A stretch of DNA of 64,000 nucleotides, taken from the IMG/VR virus record IMGVR_UViG_3300021138_002231, positions 1 to 64,000 of that record; one strand, given 5' to 3'. The DNA is from a virus. Positions 8,089-18,671 of the stretch are shown in pieces. Positions within the stretch are counted from its first letter, which is position 1. Every line of letters begins with the position of its first letter. The notes beneath the pieces were generated by a model. The model had not been told where the DNA came from, made no database searches, and saw only the letters and a program-made list of their open reading frames with translations. Made by a program: the position numbers and the translations under genes.

Positions 8089-11000
8089 TTTCGAATTCTT
8101 CAAAAGTTCACACAAGGTTGTGTTGCGGTGAATTTCTTTATCATTTTCGACAGCAACTTCAATTGCATTTTGAGTGCCAGCAACAATGCAAATCTTTTTA
8201 GCGCGAGTTAATCCAGTATAAAACAGATTTCTTTGTAACATTTTATACTGTGAATTATGCAACACTAAAACAACAGCGGGATATTCTGCTCCCTGAGAAT
8301 TATGACAAACAAATCCATTGCAAACAAAAGAATGTATATCTTCTATTTCTAAATCATATGTTTGTTCTTCGCATAAAAAGTCAATATTTTTAATTTTATC
8401 ATAGTAATAATTATGATTCAAGGTTTTCGTTAGTGATGTTGGCACCTCCAAGTTATGATCGTTAAGAAAATTGATCATCTGATTTAAATGATGATAATTT
8501 AAATTCGCATTTCTTCTTTGTTTTTTAATAATATTTATTTGATTTTGCAATGAAGAATATTTAGGATTATTAAATCCTTGACCTTTTTTGCCCCTGAAAC
8601 TAGGAAAAGCTTTAATGAAATCTTCATATACAAATTTCATAGGAATAATATCATTGTTTGTTTTACCATTGGTGTTATTTAATAAAGATAATTTATGTTT
8701 TTTGTTTTTATTAAATAAATTAAGGTGTTTTTTAATAATCTGTAAACTTGGTCCTTGAATATGAACACAATATGCATTCGGATAGTCTTTTCGAATGGAA
8801 GAAATAACTCCAGCATTCAATAAAAGCATTTGCATATTCTGAGCAAATTGTTCAGATTTAATTACTATTCTTATTCCATGATTATCTATACATCCATCAG
8901 CATCTATCATTCCCGAAATAAAAGACATTTTATTTTTTAATGATTCATTATAAATCACATCAGGAATTGTTTTGGAATCACACTTTACATATTGCAAACC
9001 TAAACCCAATAAATATTCACGTATTTTTTTTGAAAAAACACATGCTCTTATATTGAGATCATCATTTTTATTTTTAGGATATATTTTAATATCATAATCA
9101 AAATTTGTTTTAATAATGTCCTGTATTTTTTTCAAAACATTCTATTGCATTTACATGTCCAGTCCACTCTATACGATAATCATTATCAAATGTATTATAA
9201 TTTCCGTCTCCAACAGTGTAACCCAATAACCAAGCCATGTCGCTTGATAAAATGTCAGTATTGTCTATTATTGTCCTATCAATAATGATATAATCAGATT
9301 CTTTAATATCTTTTATTTTTTTAAATAATTCTTCATTAACAATAGTATCGTATACAAGTATCGGGTGTTTATCAGTTGCATCAATTTTATATCCATTTTT
9401 TGTAGTTAATCTGTAAATTTCTTGAACTCCAGATTCAATATTATCAACGACTTTCATAAAAAGATTACCGCCTACAGCTACAGAATCGCCAATAACAATA
9501 TCTTGAATATTTTTATAACCTTGCTCTGTTAGTACAAGTTCTCCTTTTTTAATGCATTTATGTACTGTTACACAAAAGCAATGTTGTAATTCATCCCATT
9601 CTGAGGGTTCATAAGATACAGATTCAGCTATATCTGGATATTTAACATACACCATCGTATCATCTCCATCTTTGATGATGTTTTCAATAATACCCATATC
9701 ACCGTTGAAAACTCCACCAGCTTCTTCAGCCTTGCCATAGTTATTACGTATTTGCATAACCCTATCGCCAACTCTAAAAATTCTATTTCCAAGTTGGATT
9801 TCAGGTTTAGATGGACTTTCTGGATTTAAAACTGATTGTAATCTAGGATTTAAATCTTCTACACCTAATCCGCGTGAACGCATAGGTGTAAGCACTTGTA
9901 TTTCTTGAGACTTATATCCAGCATCAGGAAGAGATTTTGACACAAGTGTAATAATTTTTTGAATCAAGTCTTCTTGATCTTCAGATGAGACTCTCATGCA
10001 ATTGCGCCCTTTACTTTCTCTTGGAGTAGGTAATTCTGGAATATTTCCATGCAAAATATCATGCGCAACAGTAACGATTGTTGATCCTGCCTGTTGACGA
10101 AAAATTTGTGTTAATCTAGTTACGGCACAAGCATTTGACTTAATGATATCTCGTAATACATTTCCTGGTCCAACAGAAGGCAACTGATCTACATCTCCGA
10201 TAAAAATCAATCGCATATGTTTTTCCATAGCAAACAATAAACTTTGCAACAATGAAATATCTAACATAGATGCTTCATCTACAATTACACATTGAGTTCG
10301 TAAAGGATTTTCAGCATTATAATAAAAGCTACCATTCTGAAATTGTAATAGTCTATGAATAGTTGATGCACTATTCCCTGTTGCTTCCGACAATCGTTTC
10401 GCCGCTCTACCAGTGGGAGCGCATAATACATAACTGATATCATTGAACTCTAAAAGATTACAAAGAGTTTTAGTGACAAAACTCTTACCAACACCAGGAC
10501 CACCAGTAATAACAGAAACGCGATTATTCATGGTATTAAATAGCGCTAATTCCTGTTCATGAGCCAAAGGCTTATCAGGATCATAAATGCCCCTATATTT
10601 AAGTTCTACAATAACATCGTTTAATGTCTTGTAATATTGCTTAGACGGATAATTAATCATTTGTGTTAGAATATTACTGACATTTTGTTCTGTATGCCAC
10701 ATACCAGATAAATAGATTTTATTATATTCTTTCACTAAAATTGATGTATCTACAAGTCTTTGAATGGCTTTAAGCGCAGATTCAACATTAATGTCTGATT
10801 TTAAAAGTTTTACTGTTTCTGTCGCTAAAGTGTCTTTAATGACATAACAATGCCCTGACATTTTAGACTGTTCCATACAATATTGAACTGCGGCATCGGC
10901 GCGATCTGGTGAATTACGTGGAACTCCTGTTTTAATAGCTATTTCATCGGCTGTATGGAAGCCGATACCAGGAATTTCTGTAATACAATATGGGTTCTTT

Positions 11001-11533
11001 TCAATTAATGATATTGAGAGTTCTCCAAAGTATTTTTGAATTTTATTCGCAATATTAGGAGGCATGCCCATAGACATAAGTTGTGTAACAATCAAATGAA
11101 TATCTCTAGATTCTTTCCATTGATTAATTAAATCATTTGCCTTAGCTGGTAAAATACCTGGGACTTCTAAAATTTTATTAGGGTCACTATCTAGAATTGA
11201 AATTGTATCCATGCCAAAATGATTTACAATTGATCTTGCAGTTGTTACACCAACTTTTTTAAAAGCTTTTCCAGAAAGATATTTCACTAATGAATCTGCA
11301 CTAGTAAATCCATCTTCATAAATTTCTTCGACATTAATCTGTTCTCCCCATTTGGGATGTACAGATTGAGTTCCTCTTGCTTTGACTCTCATGCCTTCCG
11401 TAAATGCAGGCATATCTCCAATCAAGACATAATCTTTTCTTTTATCACGCACGGTCATTCTTGTCCATCCTGAATCTTTACGAATCATTCTGACAATTTC
11501 GCCAGTAACTTCTATAACATTTGACATAATCAT
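8080..11533 (-). CDS. recD2: RecD2/TraA-family SF1B helicase with an intein, split across two frames (9110-11533 and 8080-9135)
   Basis: HhH region, GGPGVGKS, APTGRAAKR, TIHRLL, VDEASM, GDVDQLPSVGPG, LTQIFRQ, GDRVMQ..NNY, VTVHK|SQGAEY, RNLFYTGLTRAK. Confidence 0.93.
8299..9556 (-). mobile_element. Intein with LAGLIDADG homing endonuclease, frameshifted (+1) at an A7 run
   Basis: Begins CIKKGELV after HK, block B DATDKHP, motifs LLGYTVGDG and FISGMIDADG, ends TYDLEI...FVCNGFVCHN before Ser. Span is 1258 nt = 419 codons + 1. Confidence 0.93.
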
Positions 11534-11657
11534 ATTCTACGTTTATTATCGATTTTTTGTTCGTATTTTATCTAAAAAGTTTTTCCTGAGAATTGCACTC
11601 GAATAAACAGGCAATTAACATATGTTAGTATAGAATACAAAAATATTTTCAAAATTA

Positions 11658-11684
11658 AAGGTGTTGTTAGTTTCTTTTCAGTAC
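11658..11684 (+). promoter_or_regulatory. Sigma-H-like promoter AAGG-N19-GTAC
   Basis: Fixed-spacing motif upstream of the divergent plus-strand cluster. Confidence 0.45.
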
Positions 11685-11720
11685 AATGACATATGTTACA
11701 CTAATAAAAGGAGAAAAAAT

Positions 11721-11960
11721 ATGGGTACACAAGACAATATTATTCATGATCGCGGAGAAGGCAACTGGCTTTTTGAAATCTATCAGCCAAATATTAAAAT
11801 TGGTCCAATTGAAGGAAAACTTAAAGTAAGCAAAGATCATCATGTGGTTTATGCTGAAGTTTATGATGAAAATGATAGATTTTTAACAGAGAAATGTATT
11901 GCAAGTTTTCCAAGTCAGAATGTTGCTTATGTCGTTGATCTTGATCACGTTCATCAATAA
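11721..11960 (+). CDS. Hypothetical protein (79 aa)
   Basis: ATG with SD AAGGAG at 11721 preferred to GTG at 11661. Confidence 0.7.
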   Translation: MGTQDNIIHDRGEGNWLFEIYQPNIKIGPIEGKLKVSKDHHVVYAEVYDENDRFLTEKCIASFPSQNVAYVVDLDHVHQ

Positions 11961-11971
11961 GGAGACACTGC

Positions 11972-12259
11972 ATGTGGTATCGGTTAATACAGGCTGAAAA
12001 CAAATTTAAAGAAGGTGGAGCTTTTGATGCTAAAATCGTTGATTTTCTAGCAGAAAATGCAGTTAGACATTTTCTTTTTCTAAAAGGCGATTATCATCCA
12101 GATAATAAACTAATTAATCGATATAAAAATCTTGCCATTAATACTTTAAGAAATGAATATCATAAGTTAAGTTTAATTCGCAGAACTGTTCCTGGAGATC
12201 ATCTCAAAGATGTCGTTTACAACACTGTCGATAAGATTATTAATAAGAAAAAGAAATAA
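11972..12259 (+). CDS. Hypothetical protein
   Basis: SD AAGGAG; MWYRLIQAE leader. Confidence 0.7.
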   Translation: MWYRLIQAENKFKEGGAFDAKIVDFLAENAVRHFLFLKGDYHPDNKLINRYKNLAINTLRNEYHKLSLIRRTVPGDHLKDVVYNTVDKIINKKKK

Positions 12260-12879
12260 TGCTTCAATATGTTGAATCTAAACTTTATTCAGAATCATCG
12301 GAATGGCCTTGTTCTTATATAAATGGCTTATTAAGTTTACACGCATCATTGACTAATAAAACTGCAATTCCAAGAATATATTTAAAAAAGGAAGAATGTA
12401 TTGATACATATCTTCCTTTTTTGTTTTATTCAGATAGTGAAATGATTAAAATACATACAAATTACATTTGTTCATCTATTGGAATTGGATTAAAACTTAC
12501 TCAAACATTTTCCGAATATGATAAAAAAACAATCGCTGAATATATAGAGGATCAATTATCATCTTTATGTGGGGACGGACAATTGATTTATGAAATGAAC
12601 CGTTTTACGCCTTTTCATGAGGATAAAGTCCTGCCATTATTGAATGATGATTCTTATTTGAAGAAGACTCTTCAAATAAGAAATGAAAAGAAACAAATAT
12701 ATTTAAACAAATTTTCATCTAAAATTGTAAATTCGGATTTAAAGTATTACGACACATATTCGCAAATATTAACAGATAAAATAAATCAGAAATGGCAATT
12801 ATTTTGGCTATCTTCATTAAATTATATTGAACAAAATAACGATATAGTAAGCAAATTAATAATTGAGGAAGACATATGA
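12259..12879 (+). CDS. Hypothetical protein
   Basis: TAATG coupling with the upstream ORF. Confidence 0.65.
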   Translation: MLQYVESKLYSESSEWPCSYINGLLSLHASLTNKTAIPRIYLKKEECIDTYLPFLFYSDSEMIKIHTNYICSSIGIGLKLTQTFSEYDKKTIAEYIEDQLSSLCGDGQLIYEMNRFTPFHEDKVLPLLNDDSYLKKTLQIRNEKKQIYLNKFSSKIVNSDLKYYDTYSQILTDKINQKWQLFWLSSLNYIEQNNDIVSKLIIEEDI

Positions 12880-13427
12880 CTCTAATTGGATATTTCACAA
12901 TAAATATGACATTGGTAACTCAAAATACGAAATATATTCAATGTTATGAGTTAAAACCAATAGAAAATAAATGGCTTTCCAAAAAACAATTATTGCCTGG
13001 AGAACCGATTTTAGCTATCTATGAAAATCAAAAATTAGTAGCTTTGTATTCAGTTTCAAATAAAGGTATTCCAATTCAAATAATGGGCAAAACTAATTCT
13101 TTAATGGAAAAGGTACATATTATTGATCTAACACACAAAATTATTCCTTTATTGCGCATGTGTCAATATATACATGAAAATGTATACGAACATTTAAGTT
13201 TAAATGAGCTTATATTTCATGAAACACAACTTAAATCATGGGAATTATCTAGCTTAGAAGATACGTTATTGAACGGCAAAGAATGGAAATCAATTAAAAA
13301 AATTTGCCATAAATGGTGGGAAGATATAAATATAACTTTAGAAACCAAACAATCTATTTCTGATTTAATCTTGCACATCAATTCAATTAAAAAACTAAAG
13401 CCATTAATATTAGATATTAACTTCTAA
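12876..13427 (+). CDS. Hypothetical protein
   Basis: ATGA overlap with upstream ORF; SD GAGGA. Confidence 0.65.
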   Translation: MTLIGYFTINMTLVTQNTKYIQCYELKPIENKWLSKKQLLPGEPILAIYENQKLVALYSVSNKGIPIQIMGKTNSLMEKVHIIDLTHKIIPLLRMCQYIHENVYEHLSLNELIFHETQLKSWELSSLEDTLLNGKEWKSIKKICHKWWEDINITLETKQSISDLILHINSIKKLKPLILDINF

Positions 13428-13832
13428 ATGATTAGGCAAAAAAAGCATAGGTTGTTGTTGTTGAGGATTTTGTTGTTGTTGTAATCTTTTTCTTTGTCTT
13501 CTATTTCTTTCATACATTGACATCTGTTCTCTATTAAACAGTTTTGCTTCTTCTATACACTCATCACAAGCGTTTGGCGCAAATACCCATCTATAATAGC
13601 CACTTGGTAGTTGTTTTAATTCACATCTGCAACGTTCATGTAATTTGTGAAATTCATATTTCCCTACATTTGTAGGCGGAACAAAAGTGCCTGCTGGTTG
13701 ATCAGGTGTAGTTTCTACGTTTTGTGGTGTCATTTGTGGCATTGGAATATTCGGCATTTCTGGTGTAGGCACAGCAGGGCCTGTAACATTCAAGCCTTGA
13801 GCCAATACTCTTTTTGCATTTACGTACCACAT
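13410..13832 (-). CDS. Hypothetical protein with HxxCRC/CxxC motif (MuF-like) and Pro/Gln-rich tracts
   Basis: LHERCRCEL and ACDEC; MWYVNAKRVLAQ leader; CAGG-N19-TAAT upstream (13842-13868). Confidence 0.65.
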   Translation of the reverse strand: MWYVNAKRVLAQGLNVTGPAVPTPEMPNIPMPQMTPQNVETTPDQPAGTFVPPTNVGKYEFHKLHERCRCELKQLPSGYYRWVFAPNACDECIEEAKLFNREQMSMYERNRRQRKRLQQQQNPQQQQPMLFLPNHLEVNI

Positions 13833-13902
13833 AATGTATATATTATAAAATCAATAACAATAATCCTGTACAAAGAATATAAAAATAAAGCGAGGGATTA
13901 AA

Positions 13903-14880
13903 TTGTCTAATTCAAACCCATTAAATCCAGATAAAATTATCGACTATTCCAAAGACTATTATGGCATTTTAGGCTTAGAGAAAGGATGCCTTCCAGAAGG
14001 GAAGTCGCGCTCTGAGCGTCAAGAATGTTCGCACATTTTAGAAACTGCTTATCGGAAAGCAGCACGACGCGCCCATCCAGATTTTGGTGGCAACAAAGAT
14101 GCATTCATTGATGTTGTACGTGCAAAATGGATTCTTGAAGACCCATTGATGAGGCGAATGTATGAATCTGGCGGAACTTATAAACCAACATTTGTTGAGG
14201 ATGGCAATCCATTTGAGGTTGATTGGTCAAAGATTGGAACTTATCGACCTGGAACAAGTGAAGACACCATTGGTTTTGGACTATTTTTAAAAATTAGTCA
14301 ACGTGCCGCTGATTTAGGTTTAGTTCCAGCATTTTATCCATCTGATGAAACTCATAATTATGAATGGGATTGGGTAATTATGCCAGAGGGTGATTACAAA
14401 ATTGCATTATCTTTAGTACATGACGAAAGTGAAGTTTTACGCTTGACTTCAGGAGAAGATATTGGTAAATCTCTTCCGTTTAAGATTTATGTCTGTATTC
14501 CTAGAAAAAATATTTACTTTTTAAGAGATGATAGTGTAACTGTTGAACTTGATGATAAAAATTCAGTTGATATTAATGGGAATCTTCTGGCATGTTCTTA
14601 TTCAGATTTTAATCTACTAGAAACCACTTCTCTAGAAGATGCCAATGAGTATTTCGCCCCAGGAGGAACTTTTGAAACACATTTACAATCATTTAGAGAT
14701 GGAACTATGATTGAAATGCAAAAAGAAAAAGACCTACAAGCATTACAACCTATTTTTAAATCTGGCGAAGAATTAAAGAATATCGACACAGAAATGCTCA
14801 AGTCAATTATGAATATGCGCTCATTTACTACAGTTATGAATGAAAGAGCCGCAGATTTTCTTGAAAATTTACCAAGATAA
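13903..14880 (+). CDS. J-domain protein (type III) with unknown C-terminal domain
   Basis: DYYGILGL...AYRKAARRAHPDFGG..DAF..V..A..IL.DP..R..YE. Confidence 0.85.
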   Translation: MSNSNPLNPDKIIDYSKDYYGILGLEKGCLPEGKSRSERQECSHILETAYRKAARRAHPDFGGNKDAFIDVVRAKWILEDPLMRRMYESGGTYKPTFVEDGNPFEVDWSKIGTYRPGTSEDTIGFGLFLKISQRAADLGLVPAFYPSDETHNYEWDWVIMPEGDYKIALSLVHDESEVLRLTSGEDIGKSLPFKIYVCIPRKNIYFLRDDSVTVELDDKNSVDINGNLLACSYSDFNLLETTSLEDANEYFAPGGTFETHLQSFRDGTMIEMQKEKDLQALQPIFKSGEELKNIDTEMLKSIMNMRSFTTVMNERAADFLENLPR

Positions 14881-14978
14881 AGGAATAAATTTTGTATATT
14901 TTTTATTGAAAATTTATTTAATTAAACAAGTGATTTAAATTCAAAATTAATAAAAAATGACGAGGTAATGAAGGCATC

Positions 14979-16427
14979 ATGCTAGAAAAGAAGATGAGTA
15001 CAGTCCATCATAGTAATGATGCAAAGACTGTCAAGGGGGACATTTTGGCTAAGCATATTTATGTCGTAGATACGTGCGTTCTTCTCCATGATCCTCAAGC
15101 CATTTATAAATTCGCAGAGCATGATGTTTACATTCCTCTTGCGGTAATTGATGATCTTGATGATATTAAAACAAGACGTGAAAGTGTTGGATGGGGGGCG
15201 CGTGAAGTATTTCGATTGCTTGATCAGTTCGAGCTTACAGATTTGATGTCCAAGGGCGTAAAGGTAAATGAAAAAGGTGGCAAATTATTCATTTATAATA
15301 ATGAAGGTCCTATACAGCAAAATCAACGTCCAAATATTCAGAAAGTTTTTTCTGATAATGCTATAATTGAAGCAGCTATTGCACTTAATACTCAATATCC
15401 TAAACGTAAAGTATCTATCGTTACAAAAGATACAGCCTTGCGAGTAAGAGCTGAAAGTTGGGGTTGTAAAGCTGAAAATTATCGTTCTGATCTTTTAGAA
15501 GATGAAAAATACACAGGATTACGATATGTCGATATAACTAACATTCAAGACTGGAATATTTTATGGAATAATGAAGAATTAACTCTAAAACATTTTTCAG
15601 CAGAACTTGTAAATGCACTTGGTGTAATTCATCCAAATGAATTCATTTTATTTAGAAATGGAGAGTTTATTTGCCCAAGTCTTTTCCAACATGGAGTTTT
15701 TCGAATATTAAAAGATAAGAAAGAGAAAAACGGACGCGATAAAAATAAAATTGAATTTTCTGGCATATCTCCAAAAAATTTAGAACAAAAATGCGCTATG
15801 GAAGTCCTTGCAGATGATTCTATTCCTTTTGTTACAATTTGCGGTCAAGCTGGAACTGGTAAAACTTTGGTTACTTTAGCTGTTGCTTTGCAAAAAATTG
15901 CAGAGGAAACATATGAAAGAATCATTATCATCAAGCCTCTTATTCCAGTTGGTGGTAAAGACATTGGCGCTTTACCTGGTGATAAATTTGATAAAATTTC
16001 TGCTTGGCTTGGTCCAATGAAAGATAATATTGAACAAATTCTTGGTTCAAAAACAATGAAAGGTGGAAATCCATTTGAAGAAATGGTAGCAGATGGTGCT
16101 ATTGAAGTAGAGGCTATGGCCTTTATTCAAGGACGATCCATCCCTAATTCTATAGTAATTGTAGATGAATCACAAAATCTTACTCCAAGAGAAGGTCGTA
16201 TGGTTGTAGAGCGTTGCGGAAAAGATTCTAAGATTATTTTCTTAGGAGATTTATCTCAGGTGGAAAATCCATACTTAGACGCTAGGAGCAATGCTTTAAT
16301 TCATGCTATGAATGGAGGCAAAAATCTTGATCAATGTGCAGCAGTAACATTGGTTAAAGTTGAAAGATCATCTCTATCTGCTGTTGCTTCTGAAATCTTT
16401 AAAGACCCAGCTTCTTTAATTAGATAA
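14979..16427 (+). CDS. phoH: PIN-PhoH (PhoH2-type) ribonuclease/ATPase
   Basis: PIN YVVDTCVLLHDP, DNAI, VTKD..LRVRA; PhoH GQAGTGKT, FIQGRSI, VDESQNLT, GDLSQV, ERS. Confidence 0.92.
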   Translation: MLEKKMSTVHHSNDAKTVKGDILAKHIYVVDTCVLLHDPQAIYKFAEHDVYIPLAVIDDLDDIKTRRESVGWGAREVFRLLDQFELTDLMSKGVKVNEKGGKLFIYNNEGPIQQNQRPNIQKVFSDNAIIEAAIALNTQYPKRKVSIVTKDTALRVRAESWGCKAENYRSDLLEDEKYTGLRYVDITNIQDWNILWNNEELTLKHFSAELVNALGVIHPNEFILFRNGEFICPSLFQHGVFRILKDKKEKNGRDKNKIEFSGISPKNLEQKCAMEVLADDSIPFVTICGQAGTGKTLVTLAVALQKIAEETYERIIIIKPLIPVGGKDIGALPGDKFDKISAWLGPMKDNIEQILGSKTMKGGNPFEEMVADGAIEVEAMAFIQGRSIPNSIVIVDESQNLTPREGRMVVERCGKDSKIIFLGDLSQVENPYLDARSNALIHAMNGGKNLDQCAAVTLVKVERSSLSAVASEIFKDPASLIR

Positions 16428-16487
16428 CATTTGTATAATAATATGCTTGGAAAACTTCTTCCAAGCATATTATTAGGAAAAGAATTT

Positions 16488-17027
16488 ATGGCTATTGCAC
16501 AATCTTGGGTATTATATGAAAATACATCTCCTTTTTCTGTTGTCACAGAAGAAATGTTAAATTTAGATTTTGGTATTATTGAACCTGGGAATTGGGCGAT
16601 TCAAGTAATTGGTTTAAAATTTCAAGGTGAACCTGTAAACAATATCAAAGCTTATCTATCTAGTTATAGATGTGATGCTTTTATACATAGCGGATCAACA
16701 TTTAATTTTATCAACGATAATTTAATGACAAGTGAATCAGGTGATTTACACTCAGGCTATCAAATAAAGGTTTTAGAACTCGATCCAAATTCTTCCGATT
16801 ATTCTAGTCAAGTTGCAAATTTTGCATTAGGCCCTTCTTCAAGTAGTTGGACAGATTTTTCTACAATTGTAGGTAATGCACACATGCCTATTTCATTACA
16901 CGGCACAATGGATAAATTTTTTGTAACAAGAAGTAGTATGTTAGCTATTGCTTTATATGTTCCAAGTGGGCAAAGCGATGCTTTAATTAAGAACTTAAAG
17001 TTATTCTGTGAATTCGATACAAACTAA
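16488..17027 (+). CDS. Hypothetical beta-rich protein
   Basis: ATG at 16488 has SD AGGA. The ORF-track start TTG at 16431 lies in a TTGTATAAT -10 box and a 17-bp hairpin (16436-16475). Confidence 0.65.
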   Translation: MAIAQSWVLYENTSPFSVVTEEMLNLDFGIIEPGNWAIQVIGLKFQGEPVNNIKAYLSSYRCDAFIHSGSTFNFINDNLMTSESGDLHSGYQIKVLELDPNSSDYSSQVANFALGPSSSSWTDFSTIVGNAHMPISLHGTMDKFFVTRSSMLAIALYVPSGQSDALIKNLKLFCEFDTN

Positions 17028-17172
17028 AAGGATAGTAAGACAATCGCACAGTAAATTATGAAATATATTTTAACATTATTTTAACTGGAAATTTGACAAT
17101 AACAAATGTTATTATAGAATTTCAATAATATTTTTTAATAATTAAAAGGATTTGTAGTTAAACAAATATAAA
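17028..17172 (+). promoter_or_regulatory. Tandem promoters: AAGG-N19-GTAA (17028-17054), TTGACA-N16-TAGAAT (17093-17120), AAGG-N19-TAAA (17146-17172)
   Basis: Read directly from the 210-bp intergenic region. Confidence 0.55.
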
Positions 17173-17239
17173 GTATATTTGAAAGGACTTTAAAGGTTAA
17201 TCCTTATCTCAATAAAAGGTATAAATAGGAATAATAAAT

Positions 17240-17752
17240 ATGCGCCCACTCGAATCAGAATTACATCAGGTACTGGAAGAGACTGCACCAGATGCTTATG
17301 CAATAGAGGATCAAGCTCGTATTGTTGCCACAGCAGCCGCAATATACAGACGTATTGAGCGAACAGCTTCTAAAAAATCAGGAAAACTTGATCCAAATAA
17401 GATTCATGAGGCAAGAATGATAGATTCATTGCTTCAGGCTATGGGTGCTCTGGAGGATTGGTCTGATAGTCAAAATTATACCGAGAATTATATTGATGGT
17501 AGAGGATTGTCAGTTAATCAAATTCTTAGTCGAGCATCTCATACATTAGCGGGAAACAGATATGCTAAGGATTTTAGCATGGATATTCTCAATGATGATG
17601 AATTGGATAAAATTCTTAATCCAAAATACTCAGAAGATGATAATTATTATGATATTGATGATGATCATGATGATAGACATCCATCTAATCTATTTTTTAC
17701 ACCTGGGACAGGCCATCATAAAACAGATTCAATTAGTCGCGGCGGATATTAA
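17240..17752 (+). CDS. Hypothetical protein with acidic tail
   Basis: 170-aa ORF with SD AGGA. Confidence 0.7.
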   Translation: MRPLESELHQVLEETAPDAYAIEDQARIVATAAAIYRRIERTASKKSGKLDPNKIHEARMIDSLLQAMGALEDWSDSQNYTENYIDGRGLSVNQILSRASHTLAGNRYAKDFSMDILNDDELDKILNPKYSEDDNYYDIDDDHDDRHPSNLFFTPGTGHHKTDSISRGGY

Positions 17753-17764
17753 GGAGGTAATAAT

Positions 17765-18466
17765 ATGAGCAAGTTTTCGACCCGTTTTATTCGAGTCGCT
17801 CAGGCTCCTCCTGGCCCTCCACCTTCTGGTCCTGGCGGACCACCACCACCCCCTCCAACAGCACCCCCAGGAGGAGCACCACCGCCACCTATGCTTGGAA
17901 TGGGCGGACCCCCACCAACAGCACCAACAGCAGCACCTGGTGGAATTTCTGGACCTGATAGAGAGGAAATAGGTTCGGCATTAGATAGTTTGGATAAAAT
18001 TTTATATGATATTGATATTCAAGCTATGATTGAAAATGACCCAACATTGGACCCAGATGATTTAGCTGTCACAGTTTTTAAAATGTATGGCGGCGATGAA
18101 TTTGGGAATGCTATCAGAAGTAAAGTTGGTAAACGCGATCCTCATGCCAAAAATGTTTCTCCAGAAGATGAAAAAGCTGAACAAGAAAGAACTGAAGACA
18201 AAAGATGGGAAAGATTGCCTTTAGGACAACATATAACTGACATTCAAGGCGTGACATTAGATAAATTAACCCAATTTATGCCAGCATTAATAGCATCCGT
18301 TGTTGCTAATGTTAAAAAGCAAGCAGGTGGCGGAGCGGCAGGTGGTCCGCCAGGACCAGGTGGGCCATTGGCTTCATCTAACGCCTGGATTAAAATTGCA
18401 AATAATTTAGATCAACAAGGTTGCTTTAAACAAGCAGATTGGATAGATAAAAATTATATAGTTTAA
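17765..18466 (+). CDS. Pro/Gly-rich hypothetical protein with RFIRVAQ leader and C-terminal LDQxGxFxxAD module
   Basis: SD AAGGAGG; ends IKIANNLDQQGCFKQADWID. Confidence 0.78.
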   Translation: MSKFSTRFIRVAQAPPGPPPSGPGGPPPPPPTAPPGGAPPPPMLGMGGPPPTAPTAAPGGISGPDREEIGSALDSLDKILYDIDIQAMIENDPTLDPDDLAVTVFKMYGGDEFGNAIRSKVGKRDPHAKNVSPEDEKAEQERTEDKRWERLPLGQHITDIQGVTLDKLTQFMPALIASVVANVKKQAGGGAAGGPPGPGGPLASSNAWIKIANNLDQQGCFKQADWIDKNYIV

Positions 18467-18489
18467 AACGAAAAACATGTCTTCCGCGT

Positions 18490-18515
18490 AGGAATATACA
18501 CAAAACACCGAGAAT
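18490..18515 (+). promoter_or_regulatory. Sigma-H-like promoter AGG-N19-GAAT upstream of gyrB
   Basis: AGGAATAT...CCGAGAAT, with the -10 inside the inverted repeat AAAACACCGA/TCGGTGTTTT. Confidence 0.55.
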
Positions 18516-18671
18516 GAATAAATTGTCGGTGTTTTATATTTAAAAACCTCAAAAATGTACGATAATACATAGAGGTTCTTGTATAATGAAAATACACAAT
18601 GATTACAGGAACTGCTCCTCTTGATGCAAATGCATCCTATTAACGCAAATATCCTGTGATAAGGTGAACGA

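Noticed and set aside
8080-9135. Independent homing endonuclease gene
   Set aside because: It carries the intein C-terminus and the RecD2 C-terminal motifs, so it is the second half of recD2.
16431-16487. ORF-track TTG start at 16431 (also the GTG start at 11661)
   Set aside because: These codons lie in promoter-like sequence; the downstream ATGs at 16488 and 11721 have SD sequences.
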